Assembly (NCBI GenBank): GCA_965222375.1
Contig: CBDCTZ010000012.1
Span: 1-64,000, forward strand
DNA: 64,000 nucleotides
Reading direction: 5' to 3'
From: Polyangiaceae bacterium
GTDB lineage: Bacteria > Myxococcota_A > Polyangia > Polyangiales > Polyangiaceae
The notes below the pieces were generated by a model. It made no database searches and was not told where the DNA came from. It saw only the letters and a program-made list of their open reading frames with translations. The translations under genes and the position numbers were made by a program. This document shows, piece by piece, positions 23,803 to 32,983 of the stretch. Position 1 is the first letter of the stretch, and each line of letters starts with the position of its first letter.

Positions 23803-24399
23803 CTACTGGGCGTCGACGACGGCCTGTTTCAGGTTTGCGTATCCGTCGCTAGAGGACAGATCCGTGTTCTTCGTGCCACCTGACGGTAGGAACTCCGCAA
23901 GACTGCCGTCCGCCTTGTACACGAAGATGTCGTCCTTCTTTCCGGCGTGCTGACCCCAAGCATCCACGCCTTTGGTGTCTTGGAACAGCGGGAACGAGCA
24001 GCGGTCGATCAAGTTCTGCTGATCATCGGGCTTGTCCGCGCTGACCGCATTGACCGCGACGAACTGTGCCTTGACGCCTTCGCCCTTCAACTCCGCGGAG
24101 AGTTTTTCCATCATCCCAGCCTGGGACTGACAGAACGGTCACCAGCCCGCCAGCAAAGCGGCCACCGTAACGGTGCCTTGGAAGGCGTCGAGCCCATAGG
24201 TCGTCCCGGATTTGGAGCTCTGTGGCTGAAAGTCGACGAGCTGCCAAGTTGGCGCCTTCGAGCCCACCTTGTGCGGCTCCGCGGCGCTGGTGCCGCCGCT
24301 TCCGCCGGGCGCCTTCGAATCCGAAGAACTCGAGCCGCAACCCACCGCTATGGCGAGAGCACAAAGACCCACGCCGCGAATCAGCCATTTGGTGATCAT
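23803..24399 (-). CDS. Selenocysteine-containing thioredoxin-fold lipoprotein, selenoprotein P N-domain-like (UGA at 24141-24139 read as Sec)
   Basis: Two in-frame ORFs joined by TGA: VTVAALLAGW-U-PFCQSQAGMMEKL; lipobox AVGC; downstream hairpin; selA in the window. Confidence 0.9.
24106..24135 (-). promoter_or_regulatory. Putative bacterial SECIS element
   Basis: UUCUGUCA-G-UCCCA-GGC-UGGGA-UGAUGGAA: 8-bp lower stem (2 GU pairs), bulged G, 5-bp upper stem, G-initiated loop 17 nt after the UGA. Confidence 0.8.
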
Positions 24400-24481
24400 C
24401 GCGGCTAGAGCATGCCGCGAGCGGCTGTCGTCGGCAAGGGGCCGCCCTTTCGTGGCGCGGGCTGCGCGGTCGGCCGAGCCA

Positions 24482-24892
24482 TCACTTTGGACAGTGCGCT
24501 GCGCAGCCGCCGAGCCCTTTGCACTCGTTCTTTCCGGCGCAGTCGTTTCGATCCGTCGCGCAGGCTCCCTGGCCCTTGCACTCGTTCATACCTTTGCAGC
24601 AGTTGGCACTGCGACCGCCTGGGTCCGGTGGTACCGCAACTCGCTTGGGTGCGGGCGTGTCCGCGCCCTCAGGGTCCGGCGCCTTAGAGAGTGCTGGATC
24701 TGGCACCGTGACTTCTGTGACCTCGGTCTCGGTGGGCGCTTGCGCCGGTGGCGGCTTCGACGCACAGCCGCCCGCCCCGCCGAGCACGCTGAGCATGAAG
24801 CCGGTGCGCGCCGCATGGGCGATGCGCCGAGCACTCGAGTGCCTCGACGGCAGCAGCTCGCGCTTGCGAGTCGGCTGTCTACTCCGCGGCAT
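24482..24892 (-). CDS. Lipoprotein-like protein with a BufA2 (bufferin precursor)-like Cys-rich C-terminus
   Basis: AGGC possible lipobox, Pro-rich linker, CCKGMNECKGQGACATDRNDCAGKNECKGLGGC; start uncertain. Confidence 0.75.
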   Translation of the reverse strand: MPRSRQPTRKRELLPSRHSSARRIAHAARTGFMLSVLGGAGGCASKPPPAQAPTETEVTEVTVPDPALSKAPDPEGADTPAPKRVAVPPDPGGRSANCCKGMNECKGQGACATDRNDCAGKNECKGLGGCAAHCPK

Positions 24893-25685
24893 TGGAGGGT
24901 TCGCCGTCCAGCCGCTGTCGAAAGAAGCCAAGCACTCGCTCGAGGGCGGCGCGGGTTGGGTGTCCGCTTTCGTCCACGAAGTCTTTCGTCACCACCGAGT
25001 GCGCCGTCCGAGGGATCCCGTGCGGATTGCCCGGCGAAGAGTCGATCTCGATGGCTTCGAAGTCGTCTCCCAGCTCGCGCCGCAGCGTATCGAAGCGCGC
25101 TTTGCGGCACAGCGGGTCACCGGTGAAGCGCATGCCCAACACCGGGCAACCGCTGCGAGCGCGCTCCTTCACCCGCAGCAGGGCTTCGGGAGCCAGGTGC
25201 AGTGCAGCGTTGTGGCGCTTGCTGACTCCGAAGGGCAGCGACGGCTGACTGAGCACGGGTGCCATCACGGATTCGTCGACCATCAACGCAAGCGCGAAGT
25301 TTCCTGTCAGGCACATACCAATGGCGCCCACCCCGGGCCCGCCGCACTCGGCGTGGGCGTGGCGGCACAGGGCACGGAGCCAGTCCGTGATCGGACTCGA
25401 GGCGTGACGAGCCAGAACGGAGAACTCTCGACTGATACACGCCCGGGCCATTTGTCCCATCATGTAGGGTACGGAAAACTCTCGCCCCGGCTCGCCGAAG
25501 AGGTGAGGCATGTAAACCGAAAAGCCGGAATCCGCGACGCGGCGACTGAAGCCCGCAACTTCCGGAGTGATGCCCGGGATCTCGTGCATCACCACGACCC
25601 CATGACCTTTGCCGCGGCGGTAGACGTCCCGGCGGGCACCTGCGTGTTCGAAGCTCTCGATGCTGAATCCATCGACGGCTGCCAT
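24879..25685 (-). CDS. Dienelactone hydrolase family
   Basis: MHEIPG, GAIGMCLTG nucleophile motif, AHSV. Confidence 0.92.
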   Translation of the reverse strand: MAAVDGFSIESFEHAGARRDVYRRGKGHGVVVMHEIPGITPEVAGFSRRVADSGFSVYMPHLFGEPGREFSVPYMMGQMARACISREFSVLARHASSPITDWLRALCRHAHAECGGPGVGAIGMCLTGNFALALMVDESVMAPVLSQPSLPFGVSKRHNAALHLAPEALLRVKERARSGCPVLGMRFTGDPLCRKARFDTLRRELGDDFEAIEIDSSPGNPHGIPRTAHSVVTKDFVDESGHPTRAALERVLGFFRQRLDGEPSNAAE

Positions 25686-26032
25686 GCGGGCGAGAATACT
25701 CGCAGCGGCCGCCCTGCGCCTATCGCCAAGCCCGCTCCGGCGCGGCTGGCGCGCGGTTGATGCCCAAGCGCCCGTTCCGGGGTGGCTACGGACTCGCTTG
25801 CGACCGGTGTACCCGACGAGCTGACGTCGATAAGCCGATCCAGCTGCAGAAAGTCGCTGCCTACAGGATGCGAGCGGAGGGCTCCAGTCCCGGATGTTTG
25901 TGACGCTCCTGCCCGCTCACAGATCTTCTCCCCGGAATGCGCGCATGAGTATCAAAGTTGCATGGGACGCCCCAGGGGGGGGAAAGATATCCTCAACCAC
26001 CTGCGATCGAGCTAGCGTTGACGGAGGTACCG

Positions 26033-26602
26033 ATGACCCTGGCGCGACGAGGCTGGCCGACCGTGATGCTGCTCCTGGGCTGTGCCGCCCAGCCGGCCAA
26101 GCCCCCGGTGGCGTCGGCGAGCGCACCCACGAGCGCCGCGCAGCCGACACCAGAGCCCGGGCTCGACCCTGCCGCCCAGCCCCGAGTGACCCCGGAGCAG
26201 GCACAGCCGCCGAAGGATACTGCTTCCGCCGCTATACCGGAGCGCGCCGAAGCTCTGGCCGTGTGCGAACGCTATCGACGCGCCACCGAAGCCAAAGACG
26301 TGGAGGCGCTGCTAGCCCTGGCATCGAAGCGCTACTACGACGACGCGGGCGCGCCCAACCCGGGGGACGATTCGGGTTACAAGGAGCTCGCAGCGAACCT
26401 GAAGCGCAACTTCGTGAGCATTACCGGTGTCGTCTATCGCTTCGAATACGACAATGTCCAGCGTGCCGACGGGAAGATCCTCGTGGACTACCGGTACAAC
26501 GGGTCGTTTCGCATCGGCGGAAAGACTCGGGAGGTGGTGGACGCCAACCGGCTCGTACTCGTCCGTGAGGACGGCGAACTCAAGATCCTCTCGGGAATGT
26601 GA
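26033..26602 (+). CDS. Lipoprotein with NTF2/SnoaL-like domain
   Basis: GGAGG RBS; LLGC lipobox; YRRATEAKDVEALLALAS..YYDD; ends LKILSGM. Confidence 0.75.
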   Translation: MTLARRGWPTVMLLLGCAAQPAKPPVASASAPTSAAQPTPEPGLDPAAQPRVTPEQAQPPKDTASAAIPERAEALAVCERYRRATEAKDVEALLALASKRYYDDAGAPNPGDDSGYKELAANLKRNFVSITGVVYRFEYDNVQRADGKILVDYRYNGSFRIGGKTREVVDANRLVLVREDGELKILSGM

Positions 26603-27099
26603 GCATGCTCGTTCGACTGCGCGCTCCCGTGCCCACTGACGCAGCGGTGTTATATCCGAAACTGGTTGGAACAGGCGTCACGGACACGCTGGCTTGGGAC
26701 GGTCCATCGTGCCGTCGCGAGTTTGCCGCGGCGCTGGACGATCGCGCCAACACCTTTGAAGCTGGACATCGTTTTTTTGTGATCGTCGATACCGCTGCTG
26801 GAGGGCCGGTGGGTTGCGCCGACGTGCGCGCCGTGGAGCCGCCACGAGTGGGCGGTGTGGGACTGTGGATAGGCCCCGAGCACCACGGCAAGGGACTCGG
26901 AACTGCGACCGTTGCCCAGCTCGTCCAGGAAGGGTTCAAGTTGGGCTACCGTCGCCTCGAAGCGACCGTCTTCGTGGGCAACGACGCGTCGCGACGGATC
27001 TTCGAGAAGAACCAATTCACGTTTGTCCGCACTCTCGAGCGAGCCATCGAAAAACGGGGTCGTTGGATCGATGAGTGGCTCTACGCCATCGAGTCCTGA
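26599..27099 (+). CDS. GNAT N-acetyltransferase (RimJ/RimL-like)
   Basis: GLWIGPEHHGKGLGT, NDASRRIFEKNQF. Confidence 0.9.
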   Translation: MSMLVRLRAPVPTDAAVLYPKLVGTGVTDTLAWDGPSCRREFAAALDDRANTFEAGHRFFVIVDTAAGGPVGCADVRAVEPPRVGGVGLWIGPEHHGKGLGTATVAQLVQEGFKLGYRRLEATVFVGNDASRRIFEKNQFTFVRTLERAIEKRGRWIDEWLYAIES

Positions 27100-27173
27100 G
27101 CTCGCGCGCCTGCGTAGGAGACAATCAGGCGCCGCGGCCGGACTTTGCGGCGCTGGGATGTTATGCTCTGCCC

Positions 27174-28448
27174 ATGGCTACTCGAGGTGCATGGTTTCAC
27201 GCGTATTGGATTGGGGCTGCCGTGCTCGGCGCCGTTTGGGTTGCCGCATGCTCGTCCGAGGACGGTGACGTTGCTCAGAACAACCCCGGCTCGGGTGCCT
27301 CCTCCGGGACAGGCGCCGGCACCGGCACCGGCGCCAGCACCGGTAGCGGTGGCGGGGCTGCCAGTGGGGGAGGTGGAGCTGCCGGCTCCGGCGGCGGCAT
27401 CGTGCTCCCGGATGCCATCTCGCCGACCCAGGATACAGACAAGGATTGCATCCCCGACGTGTTGGAAGGGAACGGTGACTCGGACGGCGATGGAACGCCA
27501 GACGTGGACGACCCGATCAACGACAGTCCGCCCCCGGTGATCACCCTCACGGCGATATCGACAACCTTCAACAAGCCAATTGGCATCGACTACCACGAGC
27601 CAACCAACTCGGTGGTCATGTCCGTGAACTACCCGACGGGGCTCCCGTCGGGCTTCGAGCGCATCGAGAAGGACGGCAAGCACCAGCAGTTTTCTGCGCT
27701 GACGGGTCTGACCGACGAGGTGAAGATTGCGACGGTTCGGGCGGGCAACCCGGGCGGCTTCACTGCCGGCGATCTGTTCGTGGGCAACGGCATCGACGGA
27801 CAGATCGTGCGCATATCCTCCGACGGCAACACCGTGGACAACCCCTGGGTCGATCTTCCTGGGGCCAACAACGGTCTGATGCGCGGGTCGCTGTACGTCG
27901 ACCGCACCGGTGAGTGGGGGGGCGATCTCGTCGTTGTCACGACCACGGGAGAAGTGTGGCGCGTCACCTCAGCGGGGGTCCCCACCAAGGTTGCCACCGC
28001 GAGCGTGCATCTAGAGGGCGCGATCATCGTGCCCAATTGTCCGGCGCGCTATGGCCCCATCGCCGGCAAGCTCATTGCGGGCGCCGAAGGGCAAGGATTG
28101 CTGCACGTGATTTCCAAGGATGGCAGCAGCGAGACTCATAATGTCGGCGTCAAGATCGAGGACATCGACGTGATCGAACCCAAGGGCAACTTCTTCGGAG
28201 TGAACTACGGGACCAGCCAGTTGCTCGGAACAGCCGCTAAGGAGTTCGAAAGCATCGTCGGCGACATCTTGCTCGCGCAGGAGAACCCCATCGCGGGGGA
28301 GACGGCGCTGTTCCGGCTCAAGTGGGATGGCACGAAGCTGGTTGCGGACAAGATCCTCGCGACGCCGCAGTCCGCGACCTACGGTCAGTGGGAGCACGTG
28401 ACCTTCGCTCAAGCCGGCATCGTGGAGATCCCGCCTGTCCCGAAGTGA
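27174..28448 (+). CDS. Lipoprotein with Ca-binding DxDxDG motif and probable beta-propeller
   Basis: VAAC lipobox, Gly-rich linker, DSDGDGTPDVDD, beta-rich repeats. Confidence 0.8.
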   Translation: MATRGAWFHAYWIGAAVLGAVWVAACSSEDGDVAQNNPGSGASSGTGAGTGTGASTGSGGGAASGGGGAAGSGGGIVLPDAISPTQDTDKDCIPDVLEGNGDSDGDGTPDVDDPINDSPPPVITLTAISTTFNKPIGIDYHEPTNSVVMSVNYPTGLPSGFERIEKDGKHQQFSALTGLTDEVKIATVRAGNPGGFTAGDLFVGNGIDGQIVRISSDGNTVDNPWVDLPGANNGLMRGSLYVDRTGEWGGDLVVVTTTGEVWRVTSAGVPTKVATASVHLEGAIIVPNCPARYGPIAGKLIAGAEGQGLLHVISKDGSSETHNVGVKIEDIDVIEPKGNFFGVNYGTSQLLGTAAKEFESIVGDILLAQENPIAGETALFRLKWDGTKLVADKILATPQSATYGQWEHVTFAQAGIVEIPPVPK

Positions 28449-28457
28449 GCGTGGGGT

Positions 28458-29114
28458 CTACTTGGCGACCAACTTCGCTTTTTCGAGCAGCACGGGATAC
28501 GAGTACCCAGCACCCAAATTGTAGTCGACCTTGACCGAACCTTCGACGACCACGATGTGGCCCATTAGGGGAACTGCGTCCATGGTCACCGTCAGGTCGT
28601 TGTCAGAGCTTTCGGCTTTGCCCGTGCCGTCCTGCAAGTGAACGAAATTCGTTCCCATGATGCCTTCAGCGATTTTGACCACCTGGCCGCGGACGCGAAC
28701 GACTTTGCCCTCCAGGCCCTTGCGCTGCTTGAACAATTCGGCGATGCGCTTGGCGTTCGGCCCCGGCGCGAGCTCGATCTGACCGGGCTTGGGACCAGAG
28801 ACGGTCGCGGGCCCTCCCCCTGGCCGCTTTGCAGCGAGGCCGCGGTGGGTGTCGTCGTCAGGCATTTGGCCACCTGGCTCTACCGGCCCCATCGGCGCTC
28901 CCTGCGCGCCGATGTCCGGATGACCCGGCGGTAGCTGCCCGCCGGCGTGACCCGGAGCCAATTCGTCGGAACCCTGGAGCGCGGCTACCGCGGATTCGGG
29001 AATAGGACGCTCACTGCTTTCGCCAGCAATCTTCGCGTCGCCAGGTCCACGTAATAGGAACGCGGCGCTGCCCGCACCGACGACCCCAACTACCAAAAGC
29101 CACTGCATCTTCAT
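28458..29114 (-). CDS. Membrane-anchored OB-fold protein with LPPGHP motif
   Basis: N-terminal TM; LPPGHPDI; GKVVRVRGQVVK..IMGTNFVHLQDGTG..DLTVT..GAGYSYPVLLEKA. Confidence 0.8.
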   Translation of the reverse strand: MKMQWLLVVGVVGAGSAAFLLRGPGDAKIAGESSERPIPESAVAALQGSDELAPGHAGGQLPPGHPDIGAQGAPMGPVEPGGQMPDDDTHRGLAAKRPGGGPATVSGPKPGQIELAPGPNAKRIAELFKQRKGLEGKVVRVRGQVVKIAEGIMGTNFVHLQDGTGKAESSDNDLTVTMDAVPLMGHIVVVEGSVKVDYNLGAGYSYPVLLEKAKLVAK

Positions 29115-29150
29115 GGTCGAATCTCACCGGCAGGCGCTATCCAGCGTCTC

Positions 29151-29425
29151 TTAGCGCTCCCCGTACTTCGTGACCAGGTTGATGCCGAAGGTTTTCAGCA
29201 AATCCGCTGGAGAGGTGCCGCCAATCTGGGTGATCACCGCGTCATTTTGGATCTCCAGGCCGACGACCAACACGTGTTTGCCTGTGAAAGGCTCCGGCTC
29301 CAACAGACGGTAGGCGACTTTCTGCGAGTCCTCCCCAGGGACACCGAGCTTGCGCGGCGAGCCGCGCATGTCCAGCGCGAGCACCACGTTTGCTGCGAGC
29401 CAGCGTTGCGACTTGGACCGCCAGA
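29151..29425 (-). pseudogene. Remnant of a thioredoxin-reductase-like NAD(P)/FAD oxidoreductase
   Basis: VVLALDMRGSPRKLGVPGED..KVAYRL.EPE.F.GKHVLVVG joined directly to NDAVITQIGG; the GGxSA segment and following domain are missing. Confidence 0.8.
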
Positions 29426-29430
29426 CTGCC

Positions 29431-29495
29431 CGCACCGCTTGCCACACGGGGAACCGAAAGATGTCCCGACAGTGCATCTCGTGTCACGAAGATGG
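29431..29495 (+). pseudogene. Fragment of a multiheme c-type cytochrome
   Basis: RTACHTGNRKMSRQCISCHED: one intact CxxCH and one broken xxxCH. Confidence 0.6.
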
Positions 29496-29499
29496 GCAT

Positions 29500-30349
29500 C
29501 GGCGCCCCTCAGCGGGGTCCCCTCCGACGCTGCCCGCTTCGGTGGTGAGCTTGCGTGGGAAGAGGTGGATGCCGAGTGGCGCCGCCGGGTGATCGTCGGC
29601 GGTCACGCTTCGCGCTTCGACGGCGAGTTGGACGAGCGGCGGGTCAACGCCAGCATCGATCTACTACCGAACTTTGGTCACTTCGGCGCCCACGCGGAGC
29701 TCTCGTTTTTCGACGCCGATAACTCCTGGCAGGCAGACTCGATCGAGCTGAGTGCGGCCGGTGCAGACGCTTCGGTCCGCTCGGGGATCTTCGAAGTCGC
29801 GGTTCGAGGCAACCTGCGACGGCCAGAACGCTCGCGCTGGCTCGCTAGCTTTCTTCCGCCCGAGTGGCTGTGCGTCGCCGAAGCGACCGCCGCCGGTCCC
29901 AGCACGTGCCTAGGTAGCGATGCCGTTTATTCGGGCGGCAGCGACGTTGGTATCCATCTGGAAAAGACCTCCGTAAGGGTCGGCGGCCATGCGGCCACCA
30001 CGCAGAACGCGGACGCGGATGTCTTCGGTGGGTTCGGACACCTGCGGCTGAGTGACGTCGTCGGGGCGCTTCGGCGGCTCAGAGCAGCGTGCTCACCAAC
30101 GCCGGCCTCAGCGTGAGCCCCGGCATCGAGTTGCTGGACCGCAAGTTGGATCTCTCCGCGCGATATCGGCCAGGGTCTTTCCGCTACAACGCCGACGACA
30201 GCGCCTTCATCGAACACTGGCTGGGAGCCGCGGTGTGGTATTCGCCGTCCCGCCACTTCGACATCGCTTTGGATGGCGACACGGTGTTTGGTTCGGACAT
30301 CGACGTGCTGGTGCTGCAAGCCTTTGCCACCTGGCGCCCGGAGAGCTGA
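29500..30349 (+). pseudogene. C-terminal remnant of an outer-membrane beta-barrel, frameshifted near 30070
   Basis: Amphipathic beta-strands in two frames (29247 frame, then 30089 frame), ending QAFATWRP; no start or signal peptide. Confidence 0.65.
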
Positions 30350-30422
30350 GTCGCGCCTCGGTCCAGCTAAGGGGTGGCGCCGATGAGTACGCGCGCCGCG
30401 GCATCGAGTGCGCTTTTGAAAG

Positions 30423-32810
30423 CTACTTCTTGGCGCTGGCGGCTCCGAGAATCGCGGTTACGGCAGGCTCCGAGAGGGATCGAACGTGCAGGTCGCGTTG
30501 CGGGAACGGGATCTCGATGTCTGCTTCGACCAGCGCCTTGTTGATGGCGCGGGTCAGATCGCTCTTGATGATGACCCAGTCATCGAATCTGTCGGTCCAC
30601 GCGCGCAGCTGGAAATCGAGGGAGCTCGCGCCGTGGTTGAGGAACAGGGCTGCCGGGGCGGGATCCTCGAGCACACGCTCGTCTTTGGCGGCTAGCTCCA
30701 GTAGCAGTTCCACGATTCTTTCGGGATCGGTCCCGTAGGCGACTCCGATGTCGACGTCGATGCGGCGCCGCTCGTCCGAATGAGTCCAGTTCACGACTTG
30801 AGCGGAGATCAGCTCCGCATTGGGCATGATCAGCTCTGCGCCTTGGACCGTGCGCAAAGTGCTGGAACGGAATCCAATGCGTTCGACCACCCCAAAGGTG
30901 CCGCCGACCTCGATTCGGTCGCCGACCTCCACGGGCCGACCGAAGAGCAGAATCAGTCCGGAAACGAAGTTGTTGACGATGTTCTGTAACCCAAAGCCAA
31001 TGCCGACGCCGAGGGCGCCGACCATGAAGGTCAGCTTGGAGAATGCTATCCCGGCGGCCGCCAGGGCCATGAAGAAACCGATGGTGAGTACCAAGTAGTA
31101 GGTGGTCGTAGAGGCGGCGTGCTGAGCCCCGTGCACCATGGGAGTGCGCGGCAGCACGTCATCCTGCAGCACGCGGCGTACAAGCCGCGCTACGACGATG
31201 GCCAGCACAATCCCAGAGCAAAGCTTGACGACGTCGGCGAGGGTCACATTCAGGCTCCCGGCCTTGATTCCTGCGTTGCCCAAGTCGAGTGCGGCGTGCT
31301 TAAGGTCGGAGGCGACGCCCAAGGCTTTCATCACCAGTTGCAGCCAAATCAGCAGCGCGGCGGTGCGTAGTATGCGGTGGGTCCAGAGCACCAGCAGCTC
31401 CTTGCGCTCTCGGATCATGTAGGAGCGCCGGGCCAGGGGAGCTTCGCATGCCGCCTTGACGATTCCTGCCACGACCGCGGTCGTGCCCAGGGCCACGAGG
31501 GCGACGAAGGCGGCAGTGAGCACCGCCATTCCGAGCATATGCCCCAGAGCTGAGTAGCCGACGATGACGGCAAGCAGTGCGCACGCCAGCACAGCGAGGG
31601 ACAGCCTACGGGTCGTCTTGCCCGCGCCGGCTGCCCTGGCCAGGCTGACGCTGATGGCCACCAGGGCCAGCAGCAACTCGACGGCAAATAGCCAAGCTTC
31701 CACGCTGGCGGTGGGTGCTACGCGGCGCGCGATGTCCAGGGCGAGGACCAGGAACCCCACCGGCGTCAGGTAGCGAAGGGTTGGTAGCAGACGCACGTCC
31801 AAATGACGAAGGGCTGTGCCCAGAGCCAGGACTTGCAGCGCGGCCTTCACCAGCGCTGGTACCGGATAGAATAGGAGGGTGGCGACCGCGAAGCACAGCA
31901 ATGTCGCTGATGCTGGGCGCATCACAGCACTGACAGCTGGCTCACCTTTCGGATCCACCCTGCGTCTTCGCAGCAGGAGACTGGTGAACAACGCCGGCGC
32001 AAGCAGCACGTGCAGCACGATGGCTCCGATTGCCGAAGTGGCGAATTGTCCCGCAGCGAACCCAGCTTCACGCAGCCGGGGCGCATAGCCGCCCAGATCC
32101 TTCGCGTCCGGGACTTGCTTCCAGAGCGGCTGTGCCGTGCGACGGAAGCTCGAGAGCAGGTTCGGTCGGTTCTGCTCCACGGCTTCCAGGACCGAATCCA
32201 CGAGACTCTTGGCTTCAACGACGTGGCTTTGCAGACGCAGCACGGCGGACTTGCGCTCACGCAGTTGTCGCCTGGTCTTCTTTGCCTCCGTGAGCGCGTC
32301 CGCCAGGTCTTTCAAGACCACCGCGTCCGCTGCTTCATCCGTAAGCGCCTTTTGACGCGCACTCAGGCTCTCGATGATGCCGGTGGCACGTTCATCGGCG
32401 GTTTTCAGCTGTTTGGCCTCGGCGTCTACCTGTGACTTCCAAGGTGCGAGCCTGGCCTGCTCTCGCAGCCAGCTGTGCTCCAAGTCATCCAGTTCCGCCT
32501 GGGATGACGCTGAGCGACAGCGTTTGATCGCTTCGGATGCACGGTCGTCGAGGGTCGCGACGACGGCACGCAAGCGGCGAGCCGTAGTGAGCAGCTCGGG
32601 TGACAGCTGAGTGCGTTTCTCCAAGCGCCTGAGTTCAGCCAAGCCTTCGGCAGCGTTTTCCGCCTGGTCCGCTTCGTCGGTTTCCTCTTCTGCGGGGGCC
32701 TCGGCTGCAGACGCCGAAGGCGCCGCGGGCGTTGGATCAGATTGAGCTGCGGCGGGGGCGGCAGCGAGCAAGACGCCAAGAGTGACGACAACCCTCGGGA
32801 AAGCGAGCAT
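30423..32810 (-). CDS. Large MscS/MscK-like mechanosensitive channel
   Basis: Signal, coiled coil, many TMs, GALGVGIGFGLQNIVNNFVSGLILL, IEIPFPQRDL. Confidence 0.95.
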   Translation of the reverse strand: MLAFPRVVVTLGVLLAAAPAAAQSDPTPAAPSASAAEAPAEEETDEADQAENAAEGLAELRRLEKRTQLSPELLTTARRLRAVVATLDDRASEAIKRCRSASSQAELDDLEHSWLREQARLAPWKSQVDAEAKQLKTADERATGIIESLSARQKALTDEAADAVVLKDLADALTEAKKTRRQLRERKSAVLRLQSHVVEAKSLVDSVLEAVEQNRPNLLSSFRRTAQPLWKQVPDAKDLGGYAPRLREAGFAAGQFATSAIGAIVLHVLLAPALFTSLLLRRRRVDPKGEPAVSAVMRPASATLLCFAVATLLFYPVPALVKAALQVLALGTALRHLDVRLLPTLRYLTPVGFLVLALDIARRVAPTASVEAWLFAVELLLALVAISVSLARAAGAGKTTRRLSLAVLACALLAVIVGYSALGHMLGMAVLTAAFVALVALGTTAVVAGIVKAACEAPLARRSYMIRERKELLVLWTHRILRTAALLIWLQLVMKALGVASDLKHAALDLGNAGIKAGSLNVTLADVVKLCSGIVLAIVVARLVRRVLQDDVLPRTPMVHGAQHAASTTTYYLVLTIGFFMALAAAGIAFSKLTFMVGALGVGIGFGLQNIVNNFVSGLILLFGRPVEVGDRIEVGGTFGVVERIGFRSSTLRTVQGAELIMPNAELISAQVVNWTHSDERRRIDVDIGVAYGTDPERIVELLLELAAKDERVLEDPAPAALFLNHGASSLDFQLRAWTDRFDDWVIIKSDLTRAINKALVEADIEIPFPQRDLHVRSLSEPAVTAILGAASAKK

Positions 32811-32983
32811 GCCCGGGACATTACTGAGAAACCCACCTCCGTCAAAGGCGGGCATTGTGCGGCTGGGCGAGATTAGGGCACCGTCACCGCCACAGCGTCG
32901 CGACCCAACCCAAAACCTGATCCATCGCAGTGCCGCGCTTGACGCTAGCCGCACACTTGCCATGGTCGACTTGGACTCCCGAC

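Noticed and set aside
24139..24399. Treating 24139..24399 and 23803..24114 as two genes or a nonsense pseudogene
   Set aside because: They are in frame, the TGA sits exactly at the first position of a xxxC redox motif, a SECIS-like hairpin follows, and selA is present.
24482..24484. Readthrough of the Cys-rich protein's TGA into the selenoprotein
   Set aside because: The downstream frame is not protein-like and is out of frame with the selenoprotein start.
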